A stretch of DNA of 64,000 nucleotides from Lama glama (lineage: Eukaryota). A model generated the notes under the pieces. It worked only from the letters and a program-made list of their open reading frames with translations, made no database searches and was not told the origin of the DNA. Within the stretch, counting starts at the first letter, position 1; each line of letters opens with the position of its first letter. The position numbers and the translations under genes are program-made. Of this stretch, positions 40,780-52,999 are shown in pieces. The DNA is taken from assembly GCA_028534125.1 (NCBI GenBank), contig CM052817.1, positions 48,548,001 to 48,612,000 on the forward strand, in the 5' to 3' direction.

Positions 40780-42204
40780 TTATTTAAGCTTAATGCTCTT
40801 TTTAACTCCTGCACGAATGCCAGATAGTTCACCACTATAACGTTGCTCTTCTCTACGAACTTCACGAACCTGGCCTCTTCTGCGAATTTGGGCTCTTCTG
40901 AACTTCTCCCGGTGTTTCACTCTGGGATTTCGATCAATCTTCTTTCTCCTGGGTGTAAGTCCCCTGTTTTTAGCAATCTGGTAAGTAATGGCTCTCTTTG
41001 CATTTGGATCTTCAAGAGCCTGTTCTTCAGTACTATTTTCTTCTTTCTTTCTCTTCAATTTTTGCTTGTCTTCTACTTCTTTATAGTACTTCAATGCAGC
41101 TTCTTCATGTAAATCAGAATCATCAGAAAGGTCTGTAACAGCAGAGGCAGCAGCAGAAGTCTCTGAAACAGATTTTGGCTTGGTCTTCGTGGATTTTGCT
41201 TTTAGATTCAGTCCTTTCTTTCCTGCACCATCTTTAAGTGTGAGTAGATGACGAATCTCGGAGGAGAGCTTCTGATCCACAACTGACAGCTTGTTGATCA
41301 AATTTCTGTAGGTAACAAGCCTTTCTATGACAGGATGTCCATGTGCAGGGACTCTCCTAGCTTTCAGGATCAAATAAAAACTGATGTTGGAGCAGTAGTT
41401 CAAATAGAGGTTGTACTTGGTCCTCAGGTACTGGCTTCCTTTTCCGGGTGGAATGATCCTTTGTTCCACCAACCGGAGCAATGGCTCCAGCTCATCCTTC
41501 ATCTCTGTCAACTTAACTTTAAGGTCATCTATCAGCTCCAAGAGCTCTGGTGATTCCTTCCGCAGCATTTTCAGCTTCTCTTTCACCGAAACTTTTGCCA
41601 AATCCTTCACGACTCGTGTCTCAGCCTCATTTACCTGAGGTACCGGTTTTGCAAAGGCCTCCACCCAGGTGACTCCAAAATCGTCCTCTTGCAGGTCTTG
41701 GGCTAGGCGCCGCTGAATGAGCTGTGCCTCCTCTTCCTCCTCTCTTTCCTCTTCCTCTACTTCTTGTTGACTCTGCCGGCCTCGGGACTTGGAACCATAG
41801 TCCGTGTCATAGTAAAGTTTTTTCCTATGACCCCACGACAAACTAGGATCCACCGAGGCCTCAGCCTCACTCTGCACAGAGCTCCCACCATCATCATCGT
41901 CATCCTCCTCATCCCCCGTACTCTCGCCATCTTCGTCGTCCTCATCAGCAACATCTAGGGCAAGCACCTCCTCCTCCTCATCGCCATCCTCCTCCTCGTC
42001 CCCACTCTCCACTTCGCTCCAGCCCTTAGTCAAGGCGGCCTGAGATCGAGCCTCATGGAAATCATCTACCTTATCCTGGTAGTAGCTGGAGTCCCCCGGT
42101 GAGGGTGGAGATTCTAAATCATTTTCGTCGGCCGGGCCGTGATCTGCCTTGTGTCTCGCAGCAGCCCACTTGGCCGCTCCGCGCCGCCGGGATCTCCCCA
42201 CCAT
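40780..42204 (-). CDS. UTP3: UTP3 (SAS10/Crlz1), small-subunit processome component; single exon, 474 aa
   Basis: Uninterrupted ORF from ATG 42204 (MVGRSRRRGAAKWAA). It has acidic tracts, the Sas10/Utp3/C1D region (YLRTKYNLYLNYCSNISFYL...HPVIERL) and the Sas10 C-terminal motif (KRAITYQIAKNRGLTPRRKKIDRNPRVKHREKF...KSIKLK). Confidence 0.98.
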   Translation of the reverse strand: MVGRSRRRGAAKWAAARHKADHGPADENDLESPPSPGDSSYYQDKVDDFHEARSQAALTKGWSEVESGDEEEDGDEEEEVLALDVADEDDEDGESTGDEEDDDDDGGSSVQSEAEASVDPSLSWGHRKKLYYDTDYGSKSRGRQSQQEVEEEEREEEEEAQLIQRRLAQDLQEDDFGVTWVEAFAKPVPQVNEAETRVVKDLAKVSVKEKLKMLRKESPELLELIDDLKVKLTEMKDELEPLLRLVEQRIIPPGKGSQYLRTKYNLYLNYCSNISFYLILKARRVPAHGHPVIERLVTYRNLINKLSVVDQKLSSEIRHLLTLKDGAGKKGLNLKAKSTKTKPKSVSETSAAASAVTDLSDDSDLHEEAALKYYKEVEDKQKLKRKKEENSTEEQALEDPNAKRAITYQIAKNRGLTPRRKKIDRNPRVKHREKFRRAQIRRRGQVREVRREEQRYSGELSGIRAGVKKSIKLK

Positions 42205-42960
42205 AGCTCGCGAAGACTCAGCTTCTACACCGACGTCCGGCTTCTGGTCACCTCTGACCTCCACGCACCAGCCACGCGCTCCCGCAACGAGCTTCTGTTA
42301 ACAGCCGCGCACTCTCCTACCACGCGCGTTTGCCGGCACTCCAGTTGGACGCAAGAGTTTCCACTTCCTTCCGGTCCCCAGAATGCTCTCCGTGTAGCGT
42401 TTGAACCCTACTTCCGGTTGGTCCTTCAGGCCGTTCCGTGCAGGAACAATAGGCATAGGAAGTTCAGTTCCCTGGAGCCCTTCAGAGACTTCTGTTCTTA
42501 ATCTCGCGAGCCTGGGCGTGGCTCGGGGGACGGCTTCGTGAACGGCGACGCGAAGTAGTCGGGACCGGGAGAGGGTGCTCTAGCTCTAGGCTCAGGAGAG
42601 GCCGGCCGGCTGTGTGGTGAGCTGCGCTCCTTCTGTCCTGGGCGTCACCAACCGGAAGCCGACTGCTAGTGTATAAGCTTTCCTTGTTTACTGGAATTGT
42701 TTTGTCTTCGCCTGTAAGTCTGGCAGTTAATCAGGTTTTTGTCTCCGCAGCGTCCAAGTATGACGTTTCTGGGCACCAGAACCTGAGGCGGCGGCGGCGC
42801 CGCCGCTGGACTCGAGAATCGTGGCGTCGGCATCGGGGCGAGAGCGCAGGCCCGGCCTCCGGGCGGGTGTCAGCCCCCCTCAGCTCCCTGCACTCAGGGC
42901 TCGGTTACTGCAGGGGGTATGTGTCCCTGAGGGTGTTGCTGAGGGCGACGGTGTAAATAC
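42120..42960. promoter_or_regulatory. UTP3: UTP3 CpG-island promoter, likely bidirectional
   Basis: CpG-rich, with ETS-type motifs (acttccttccggt at about 42363-42375, acttccggt 42410-42418, accggaag 42651-42658) and TCTCGCGAG at 42502-42510. Confidence 0.85.
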
Positions 42961-44369
42961 TCTTTCCGAGGAACTCAACTGGGCGCAGCAGGCACCGCTA
43001 TGTCTCTTTCTTGTAGTGGAAAATATTCCTTCTTTAAGATATTTTGGAAGTGACACAGTTTATGTCTCAGGGGCGAACCCTTGGTGAACTCTCCAACACT
43101 TAATAGGCACAAGGTGGCGTCTTAGGCTCTGGGAGTATAATGTGGGCGAAAGCAGACGCTGTTCCCGCCCTCGTGGAACTTGTGGTCCAGCGGGGAACAA
43201 GCGTTGATCAAGTAATCACTCAAAACGTGCCAGATTATAATTATAATGAGTACTGTGAACCCTTGTCCTGTATTACCCGGCTTTCAGCTGCTGAAAACAC
43301 TCAGCGTGCTTTTCACATCGCTGTCTCTTCGTACGCGCCATCCATCCCCCTTACCAAACAGAATTTAGTGCTCCGGCCCCACTTGGGAAAGTTCTGCCAT
43401 ACTGAAGAGCAGCTTAACCATCACCTCTTTGAGCTCTTCTTAAACTCCCTTAGTTGTCTTTTCCTCAGTTCGTTTATATCATCTGGTCTCTGTGAACTAT
43501 GATATTGCAAGCACACAATACAGTGTCTGGCACACAATGAGTATTCAGTGAAGATTTGTTTAATGAATAAGTGTTGAAATTACAGTATTTAATTATCTGT
43601 CTACTTCAGGTGCTACGTAAACGGAGAGTGAATGATGCGTGGGGCTCCCAATATCCCTAAAGGAGATAACCTGAGTTGGAGTGGATTTTAGGAATCATTA
43701 ATTCCAACCACAGTGTCTTTATTGTACACATGTGGAAACAGAGACTTGGGGAGATTACATTAGCAAATCTAGCACAGAAACCTGGGACAGGGCTCCGACA
43801 CCAGGCCCTCACATTCAGCTTTTACCAGTCCTTCGCCAATTCCGTGTGAATGCGTTTAAACTTTTTCTAGAGGGTAGGCTATGCTGGGTGGATGAAAGAA
43901 ACCAAGAGCTCAAATTTAAGTATTTGAAGAAGAGGGTGAAAATAAGGGAAGAATTGGTCAAATTTGTCTTTAGAATTATTTCTAGGACTAGACGTGTGAA
44001 AGGATTGCCCTGCAATCTAAGAGTAACTCCAGGTTTAAGTGTCTACACATTACATGTGATAGGTTCATATTCATTACGTATGTTAGGTATTATGACTCCT
44101 TCAAATGTGGGAAGTTAGAAGCTGACCTTTTGATAAGTTGCCAAAATTAATGGCAACATACAATTTCTTTGTCGAAAGCATAGTGTCATTACGTTATGAA
44201 AAATAATAACAATTTTTCAGAAAAGTGATATTTTGAACTAAATATTTTTAAAGTGCTAAAGCTTATCTTAAGCATTTAAAAACCATTACAAGATTTCAGG
44301 AAATATGGTTTAATGAATAAAAAAGGTGTGGGTAAAAATCTTATGTTTTGATGGTAAGCACGGAATTTT

Positions 44370-44825
44370 TTTTAAATTGAGGAAGTTAAATTGAAATATA
44401 GTTCATTTACAATGTTGGGTTAGTTTCTGGTGTACAGCATAGTGATTTAGTTATTCAATATACATATATACTTTTTCATATTCTTTTTCATTATGTTTCC
44501 TGTGCTATACATTAAGACCTTGTTGTTAACCTATTTTGTATATAGTAGTTTGAATCTGCTAATCCCAAACTCCTAATTTATCCCTCCTTCCTCCCCACTT
44601 TGGTGATCATAAATTTGTTTTCTGTCTGTGAGTCTATTTCTAATTTGTAAATAAGTTCATTTGTATCATTTTTTAAGATTCCACATGTAAGTGATAACAT
44701 ATGGTATTTGTCTGACTTACTTCACTTAGTGTGATTATCTCTAGGTCCATCCATGTTGCTGCAAATGGCTTTATTTCATTATTTTTTATGGTTTAGTAGT
44801 CCATTGTATGTATGTATGTATATGT

Positions 44826-44864
<39 letters not shown>

Positions 44865-45215
44865 CATACATATACACACACACACACAACTTCCCTTATC
44901 CAGTCATCTGTCGATGGACGTTTAGATTGCTTCCAGGTCTTTGCCTATTATAAATAGTGCTGCCATGGACATTGGGATGCATGTATCTCTTTGACTTAGA
45001 ATTTTCTCTGGATATATGCCCAGGTGTGGGATTGTTGGATCATATGGTAAGTCTATTTTTGGTTTTTTAAAGAATCTCCATACTGTTTTCCATAGTGGCT
45101 GTACCAGATTACATTACCACCAATCGTGTGGGAGGGTTCTCCTTTCTTCACACCCTCTCCAGCATTTATCATTTTCCCCCCAGCATTTATCATTTGTAGA
45201 CTTTTTAATAATGGC
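44370..45215 (-). mobile_element. L1 3'-end fragment containing a (TG)n/(CA)n microsatellite
   Basis: tttacaatgttgggttagtttctggtgtacagcatagtga...ctaggtccatccatgttgctgcaaatggc...catactgttttccatagtggctgtacc. Confidence 0.9.
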
Positions 45216-46369
45216 TCCAGAATTCATTTTTGAATGTATATTTTAATACGTTTTGTCATTCAGCAAATATTAACTACTTACTAACTGTAGCAGAATGCTA
45301 CATGCTGTAGTAGATCCAAAGGTGAATTAGCCACAGACTCCTCTCTCAAGGAGATTATAATCAGGCAGAAAAGAACATATGCATATGATTACTAAAATCT
45401 AAGGCAGTGTGTAATGTAAACCCAGTGCTGTGAGAGATCAGAGGGTTGAGAGATCACCTTTGGATTATTATTCTGGGAATATTGCTTAAAGGATGTTGCA
45501 TCCAAGCTGGGATGTAATTATATCTTTCTTTAGGTGTGTTAAATTTTCATTATATCTAAACATCAAGTTTTATTTAGGCACATAATGAATCTCAATTTTT
45601 CTGTTCATTTTTATTGATAACTATTTAAGACTTTGTAGTCATATTTAACAAATGCATATGCTGTTATAGAGAAGGTAGAAAAATATTTTAGATATTTTTA
45701 ATGGGAATGATCACATTGCTCTAATATTATTTGGTTTATACTAAACTTTACATTTCCTAACTATTTAGAATAGAGTTGCGATATCCAGTGCATATTCAGA
45801 AAGTATTAAACATTCTCAGATCTTTTTGATTAACAGTTCAGAAGTCAGTTCTTCAGTTCGAGCAGCTCCCATAGTCTAATCTTCCATAGCTTAATCTTGG
45901 AATTATTTGCCACTTAGGTGAGGAAATTGTTTTCTTTAAAAATTTGTATTGCTGAAAAGATGGATTAATGCTTTATTATATCATCAGCCTGTGAAAATTA
46001 AAAAGAAAAACACTGTGTCCTCAGAGAAAAATAATAAATATTAAATAACATTTGACATTTAACCATTGTGTTTGTGGCAACTATAATTTATCATCAGCTT
46101 GAATCTTTATTACATTATTGTGATGCCTGGCTCAGGAGCTAGCAAACTACACATAATAAGGGCCAATAGTTTTTTTTTTTTTTTAAATACCCTTTTGCCT
46201 TATTCTAAGCCCTTTGTGGGATTTTTTACTGTAGAAGGTAGGGGTTTATGAATGACACATAAGTGATATTAGGACACTTTCTTCAGGACATGAGTTCTGA
46301 TTGTTGAAGATACTCTACCGTCAGATTAGCTTAAACTGATCTCAGTTTCTCCTGGACTATGCAGCAATA

Positions 46370-46570
46370 ATAATAGCGAACATTGAGAGTAGTTATTATG
46401 TGTCAGTATTGTTATAAGCCCTTGACGTTCATCCCTATGGGGAAGTATCATGATAATCTCTAATTTAGGAAGCTGAGGCACATGGAGTTTAAGTGAGGTC
46501 ATAAAATTAGTAAATGGTAGAACTAGATTTGAACCCAGACAGTTTGGCTTTGGAATCCACTCTATATTAT
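46370..46570 (-). mobile_element. MIR SINE remnant
   Basis: ggaagctgaggcacatggagtttaagtga...agtaaatggtagaactagatttgaacccagacagtttggct. Confidence 0.7.
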
Positions 46571-47111
46571 AGCCACCTATTGTACTGTATTGGCTTTCAT
46601 ATATTCCCTTAATAGATTTTTTTCATTTCCAGTCTCTGCTGTAGATTTGATTCAGCATCATCAGATGTATCTTTCTAGAATATAATTTCCATCATCCCAC
46701 CCTTTTGTTCAAAATCTTTCGATGACTCTCAGTTACTATCAAGATAAAACTCACAACATAACATACTTCCCCAGTTTTGCCTCAAAGGAACCTTTCTAGC
46801 CATACCTTTCATTCCCCACCCCCCCAACTAAAACCTTCCATTCTAACTTAAGTGCTCTACCACTCTTTATTCTTCAAACATTGCTTTGCAGTTTCCTTCT
46901 CTCTTTGCTCATCTGTTCAGTATTCTGATAATTACTTACGTAAGAATTTACAAATCACTATAGCCATCTTTTTGGCTAACAGGTTCTCAGACGGGTCCAA
47001 AATGGGGCCATATGAGGCTGTTTGAAAAGCTATTGTTAGCAGGGCGTTGGAGAAAACTTGGATGCCCATCCCTGGAAAATGTCATTGGTGAACAGCATGG
47101 AATTTAGGTGC

Positions 47112-47229
47112 ATAGAGGGACCGTACATCTTGGTTTGCTTAGTACAGTCCTGCTTGTTATCCCAGCATAATTATTAATGGCACCCTTTTTACTTTTATAA
47201 TTTAGATGATAAGTTATATGGTCATCTTA
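47112..47229. mobile_element. MER94-like hAT MITE
   Basis: Imperfect terminal inverted repeats tagagggaccgta...tatatggtcatctta; internal cccagcataattattaatggcaccc. Confidence 0.6.
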
Positions 47230-49454
47230 ACTACACAGTGATTGGCAACAGTGGATTATATATCCACATAGCAACATGAATGGATCTAAAAACAATGTGT
47301 TTAGGGGAAAAAAGTTAAAAAGTGAGATATGTAGTACATATGTGCAACAATACAACAGTACACATTTTGTAAGAACACATACAAACAAAATAATGTACAT
47401 TAAATACAAAGAATAGTTGCTTATGGAGGAGCAAAGAATGGGATGAAGCTTGGAGATTAGAAGAAATAGGAGAGGAACTTTCCATGGACCAATAATAATA
47501 ATGTGCCAGGAACTGAGGAGAATAACTGCATCTGAGGTTCAATTAAAAACAAACAGACAAAAAATGACCATGTACATCTCTAACTTAAAGTCCTTTAAAA
47601 GCTTCCCAACATCTATAGGATCAAATTTATATTCCTTAAGAGCTGACTGCCGCATACATTTTAAACTTTACATCTTACCACATGCTTACTGCTACCACGT
47701 GTGCTGTAGCCTTGCATATATACATAATACATGTATAATACATGTAAACATTGGGCTAAGGGCTAAAGCCTTTAGTGTATAGAGAATGAAAGCTGACTAA
47801 AGAAAAAAATTTTAATATGAACTGTGTTTCAAAGACCTTCACCATCAAAGCTATAATTACTATTGTATCAATAGTTAATATATAAATATTTGTGTCTATA
47901 AGCTTCCTCATGATTCTTGTGCAGGCTGTGCTCTTTCTTGCCTCGTTTCCTTTACATGTGTTTCTTTTATACTTTCTGGAGAACTCTTATTCATCATTTA
48001 AGACTAATTTTAAATGTCACCTTAAAAGCCTTTTCAGGCCTCCTCACGATGAAGAACTTCCTCTTTTGCATTCCCATACTTCATACAGATCTCCCTCCAT
48101 TAAGTCTATAAGCCCCATTAAGTCTGGATCAAAGTAGGCATTTTTTAAAATCCCTAGAATCCAAGCCAGTATTTGAGAAACTCTGTGTCAGCATACAAAA
48201 TAGTAGCCTTTAACAATGAATTGCAATGTCTTTTGTATTTCTCTGGTCATCAGCATAGGGTTTTTTTTAAAAGTCACATTTAAAAGATGATGACGTATTT
48301 AATATATGGCTTTTGTGAACTTAAGCTAATGGTTAAATTTGTATTTCCTTTTATCCCAGTGTCACAGACTAGGTTATGATGACTGAAGTTGTCAGAGAAG
48401 TAACTTTTTTAATGCTCAGAGAAGTAGTAATCATAAAAATAATTTGAGAGTGATGATGGGAATTATCATATTCTTGGTGTTAAAAATGATTAAATTATGA
48501 TTAATCATTAATAATGAGTGATAATGGAAAAATGTATTCTTGGTGTTAAAAGCAATTAACTTATTTAGATAATTTAATATACTCACAGGAACTCTTTGAA
48601 CTATTTTTGGGTGCAGAAAAAGAAGAATTATTTTTAGATGTAAGAAAGAAAATAGAAGAGATGAAGTATAGTTGCCATCTGCTTTCATTTCTGTCGGAAA
48701 CCACTTACTCTGAAACCAGTAGGTTATAGATTTTTTTTTTGCAAACTAAGGTCTGGATCTATTTAAAGACGTGAAAATGCTAAAAGTGATTTGGAAGCAA
48801 AATATAGAACTTCTACTAAAATATGAAATAAACATATGAACTTTTCTAAGCTTTTAATTAAAAATGACTAGGTTTGGTAGTTTTAATTACAAAATGAAGA
48901 ATTTAATGAAATTGTGACACTGCTTTCCTTTCCAAACTCTAATCCAACTAAATACTGCATAATTATTTTCTAAACATTATTTTATACCTTTTTTTTGGTC
49001 ATGAGGAACCTTGTAGATATAATTATATATATATATAATTATATATGTAATATATATAACTATTTATTCAATGATAATTATAGCTTTGATGGTGAAGGTC
49101 TTTTGAAACACAGTTCACTTAATTTTTTTCTTTAGTGAGTCTTCATTCTCTACATCATAAAGCCCTTAGCACTTTCCCTAATATTTAGGGCCTGCCTTTA
49201 TCTGGCCCCAACTTATTTTTCTAGCTGCTATTCTACTTTCATTGAGAAACTCTACATTCTGGTCCAATACACATTGTTTTCTTTCTCTTTTTGAGATTTC
49301 TTTCTCTTGGCTTTTACTTATGCTGCCCCACATCTCAATTCTTAGATGGCCTTCAAGGCCTACCTAAAATCATATCTTCTCTCGGCTGTATTCTCTGATA
49401 TGCTTCCTTTCATTAGAGCTAATAGCCCCTTAACTCTTCCTATGTTAGGATTTT

Positions 49455-50447
49455 TTAAAATTGAAGTATAGTTGATTTATAATATTGTGTTAGTTTAAGG
49501 TGTACAGAAAAGTGATTCAGTTATTTTTTTCAGACTATGTTCCATTATAGGTTAGTACAAGATATTGAATGTAATTCCTTGTACCATACAGTAAATCCTC
49601 ATTGCTTGTCTATTTTATATATACTAGTTTGTATCTGTTAATCCTGTATTCTTGATTGTCCTTTCCTGCCTCTTTCCCACTTTGGTAACTGTAACTTTGC
49701 TTTCTATGTCTGTGAGTCTGTTTCTGTTTTATATATAGATTTATTTGTATTTTTTTTATATTCCACATGTAAGTGATATCATATAGTATTTGTCTTTCTC
49801 TGACTCACTTCACTGCATGTAATATTCTCTAGGTCCATCCATGTTGCAGTTGGCAATATTTCATTTTTTTATGGCTGAGTAATGTTCAATTTTATATATA
49901 TATATATGTATGTATGTATATGTATGTATATGTATGTGTATGTATGATATATGTATGTGTATATATGATATAAGAAGATATTATATATATCTATATATAT
50001 ATCTATCTTCTTAAGTCAGTTGTCTGTTGATGGGCACTCAGGTATTTCTGTGTCTTGGCTATTGTAAATAGTGCTGCTGTGAATGTTGGAGTGCATGTAT
50101 CTATTTAAATTAGAATTTTCATCTTTTCTGAATATTTGCCCAGGAGTGGGATTGCTGGATCATACGGTAGCTCTATTTTTAGTTTTTTTAGGAAATTCCA
50201 TACTGTCCTCCATAATGGCTGCGCCAGTTTACATTCCCACCAATCCTGTAGGAGGGTTCCCTTTTCTCCATACCCTCTCCAGCATTATTTGTAGACTTTT
50301 TGATGATAGCCATTCTGAATGGTGTGAGGTGATAGCTTACTGTGGTTTTGATTTGCATTTCTCTAATAATTAGCAAAGTTGAGCATCTTTTCATATGCTT
50401 GTTGGCCACCTGTATGTATTCTTTGGAAAAATGTCTATTTAGGTTCT
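49455..50447 (-). mobile_element. L1 3'-end fragment (ORF2 C-terminus and 3' UTR) with TSD
   Basis: ORF 50188-50409 ([35 protein letters not shown]) is typical of the L1 ORF2 C-terminus. Flanked by atg(t/c)taggattttt repeats; internal TATG simple repeat. Confidence 0.92.
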
Positions 50448-52484
50448 ATGCTAGGATTTTTAAGCATTTTCTCCATTGTGTTAAGACTGTTTATATACTT
50501 GTCTTGTATTTTCTGCCAGATATATCACCATTCATCTCTGTAACCATTATGATATTCTAATACAGTTACTTATACATAGTAAGTACCAATAAATAGCTAA
50601 TGAAATAATGAGTTAAATTGAGTTCTGCTGAATTTCAATAAGGTATTAGAAGTTAGTAAAAATAACTTAAGAATTTAATAAGAGTCTGCAAATGTGACAT
50701 TGATACACCTCTATTTTTGATATTAAAAGATAACTTAGACTTTATTCTAGGAGCAGAGGAGAACCATTGGAGGTTTTAAGCGAGGCAAGATTGGAGAATT
50801 GATGGAAAGAGGTGAGGTTATAGGCAGGAAGTTAGTGTGAGGCTCTTACAGTTATCTTGATGATAAATTTTATTGTCTAACTAGGGCCCTGGGAATAAGG
50901 GTATAAAAAGTACACAGATTAACAGCTATTTATTAGCTGGTATTATAGGCTTAGTGTCTGATTAAGTATGAGGGGGTGAGGAGTAACAATGACTCAGGTT
51001 TCCTTGGATGACTAAATGGATGATGGTACCCTTCACTAAGAAAACTCAGGAGGAAAGAGGTTAACAGGGTTTAAGAAACAGAGGGAAATAAGTCTTGGAC
51101 ATGCTGCATTTAATTTTGCACAGCACTGTACTAGGTGCTTAAGGGGGGTGTGTTGAAACATATGAAATACATGGTCTCTGGACTCCTGTTGCCATATTGA
51201 ACTTTCATTTCCTCCAACAGTCATGTTTTCTCTCAACTCCAAATTGTTGATATTTTATTCATTCCTAGACCACATTCCTCCCTTTTTTGCGTGACTTCTA
51301 CTCATCTTTCCTCTGGGAAGCTTTCCTTGACCCTGCCTCTCTCTCTACCAACATCTGTGCTCCTGTGGCACATTGTGCTTGTCATGTAAATCCATTTGAT
51401 CAAAGGCCATACCTATTTTGTTCACTTGTATCCCTGACATGAAGAATAGATGCAAATAGATTCTTGTTGAGAGAAAGAATAAATGAATGAATGATCATTT
51501 GAATTAAGGTAAGCAGCATTAGCCTTGTAGACCACATACATGCTTGCTATAATGGCAACTTTATTTCAGTGTCTTAAAGAGAAAATAAATTTAAACATTT
51601 TTAAAATAAAAATATGTGGTTGCCCCCAATTATATGAGGAAATTATAAGCCAAAATGATAGCTATATTAATTTCCTATTGGTACTGTAATAAATATTGGT
51701 GATGTAAAAAATTAGTTGGGAAATAATCAATTATTGCACACTTTAAGCCAAAGCGACTTATTTGAAACTCTGAGAGAGATACAACAGAATTATGTAGTGG
51801 TCTTGAATGAATTTGATATTTAAAAAGTATTTTTACTGGATATTCCTCACCATGGATTTATGCTTTCTCCTTGTTACTGGGGAAAACAGACTTAGTATGG
51901 CACTTAGATATGCTGTAAAAACTGAATAGAAGAGTTAGAACAAGAAAAATTTTATTTCCTTACCCATTTTCCAGAATCTTTATAATTCCTTTTTGTTGTT
52001 ACATCCTTTTTGGGGGTGTCAATTGCTACTGCTCTTTATGAATCCCTCTCTGCATCTAGCAGTTGTTAATTTAGTATGAGATAAATTGTACATGTATGAA
52101 ATAAAGTGAAAGTAAAGTAAGATGCCAACTCATGTAAAATGATGCAAAGAGATATAAGATGAATTTATTAGCAATGAAGCAACTGAGTAATGGAATGAAC
52201 AGAATGGGATGACATAAAGCGGGGAAGACTTAAACTAAAATTAGGTTAAAAGATTTTAGGATTTTTGACAAGGATTGGTAGGAAGCAAAAAGAAATTTAT
52301 GGTGAGGAAATAACAGAGTAAAAAAGATTCTGATATAGGAATTAGCAAATCATGTGTAGGAAAAGAAAAGCAGACATATTTGACTAGAGCAGAAGCCTCC
52401 CTTGAAGATACATTAGAATTTTCTTAAAGCAGCAAGGGACCAGACCACTGGAGTTAATTAATTGGAAGGAGTATAATGTTATTT

Positions 52485-52795
52485 GAGGAGTTTCCTGGAA
52501 ACCTTGTTTATTATTGCGTCTCTAGAGAAATTATTGTGAAATCTAAACTATTGTTTTTCAAATGGATTTTTGGAGGTAGGCTGTTTGTAAATTAGGCCCA
52601 GCCCAGAAGGTGGTGAGACAGAAGAGCTCTGTATATGGTCAAATGACTAATATGTAGTATCCCAAATAGCAATTCTATGAAAAGCCACTGCAGGTGCAAG
52701 TTTCTTTAGAAACAGACCACAACACAGGTGCAATTGTCCTTATAAACATTTAACCACAAAACACTAAAAGTCTGTGTGGAAAGCCATTGGGAGAA
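52485..52795. promoter_or_regulatory. Putative B-cell enhancer of JCHAIN (STAT5, E-box and RUNX cluster)
   Basis: TTCCTGGAA 52492-52500, TTCTATGAA 52673-52681, CAGGTG 52691-52696 and 52725-52730, TTCTTTAGAA 52702-52711, ACCACA 52716-52721 and 52753-52758. Confidence 0.65.
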
Positions 52796-52999
52796 AAAGA
52801 TAATTCAGTTTTTTTGTTTGTTTTAATTGTTTAATTTTTAAAAGAGTTTAAGATGAAGTTTCTCTCTCATATTTTGAATTCTTTTTAAGCTTAGTTTTTG
52901 CCTCCTGATATCTAACTATAAATTTTACATACACTGTGATTGGATGCAGATCAATACTTGAAGAAATTCTATATGCAAGAATCAAAATGTTTAGGGTTA

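Noticed and set aside
40843..41958. Small ORFs antisense to or overlapping UTP3
   Set aside because: Shadow frames of the real coding sequence.
42205..42264. 20-aa N-terminal extension of UTP3 in the ORF track
   Set aside because: Begins at GTG; the known protein starts MVGRSRRRG at ATG 42204.
49015..49045. AT-only palindrome
   Set aside because: Simple (AT)n-type low complexity.
51450..51457. Perfect octamer ATGCAAAT upstream of JCHAIN
   Set aside because: Isolated, within L2-like degraded sequence; the same 8-mer occurs elsewhere in the window (for example 31554).
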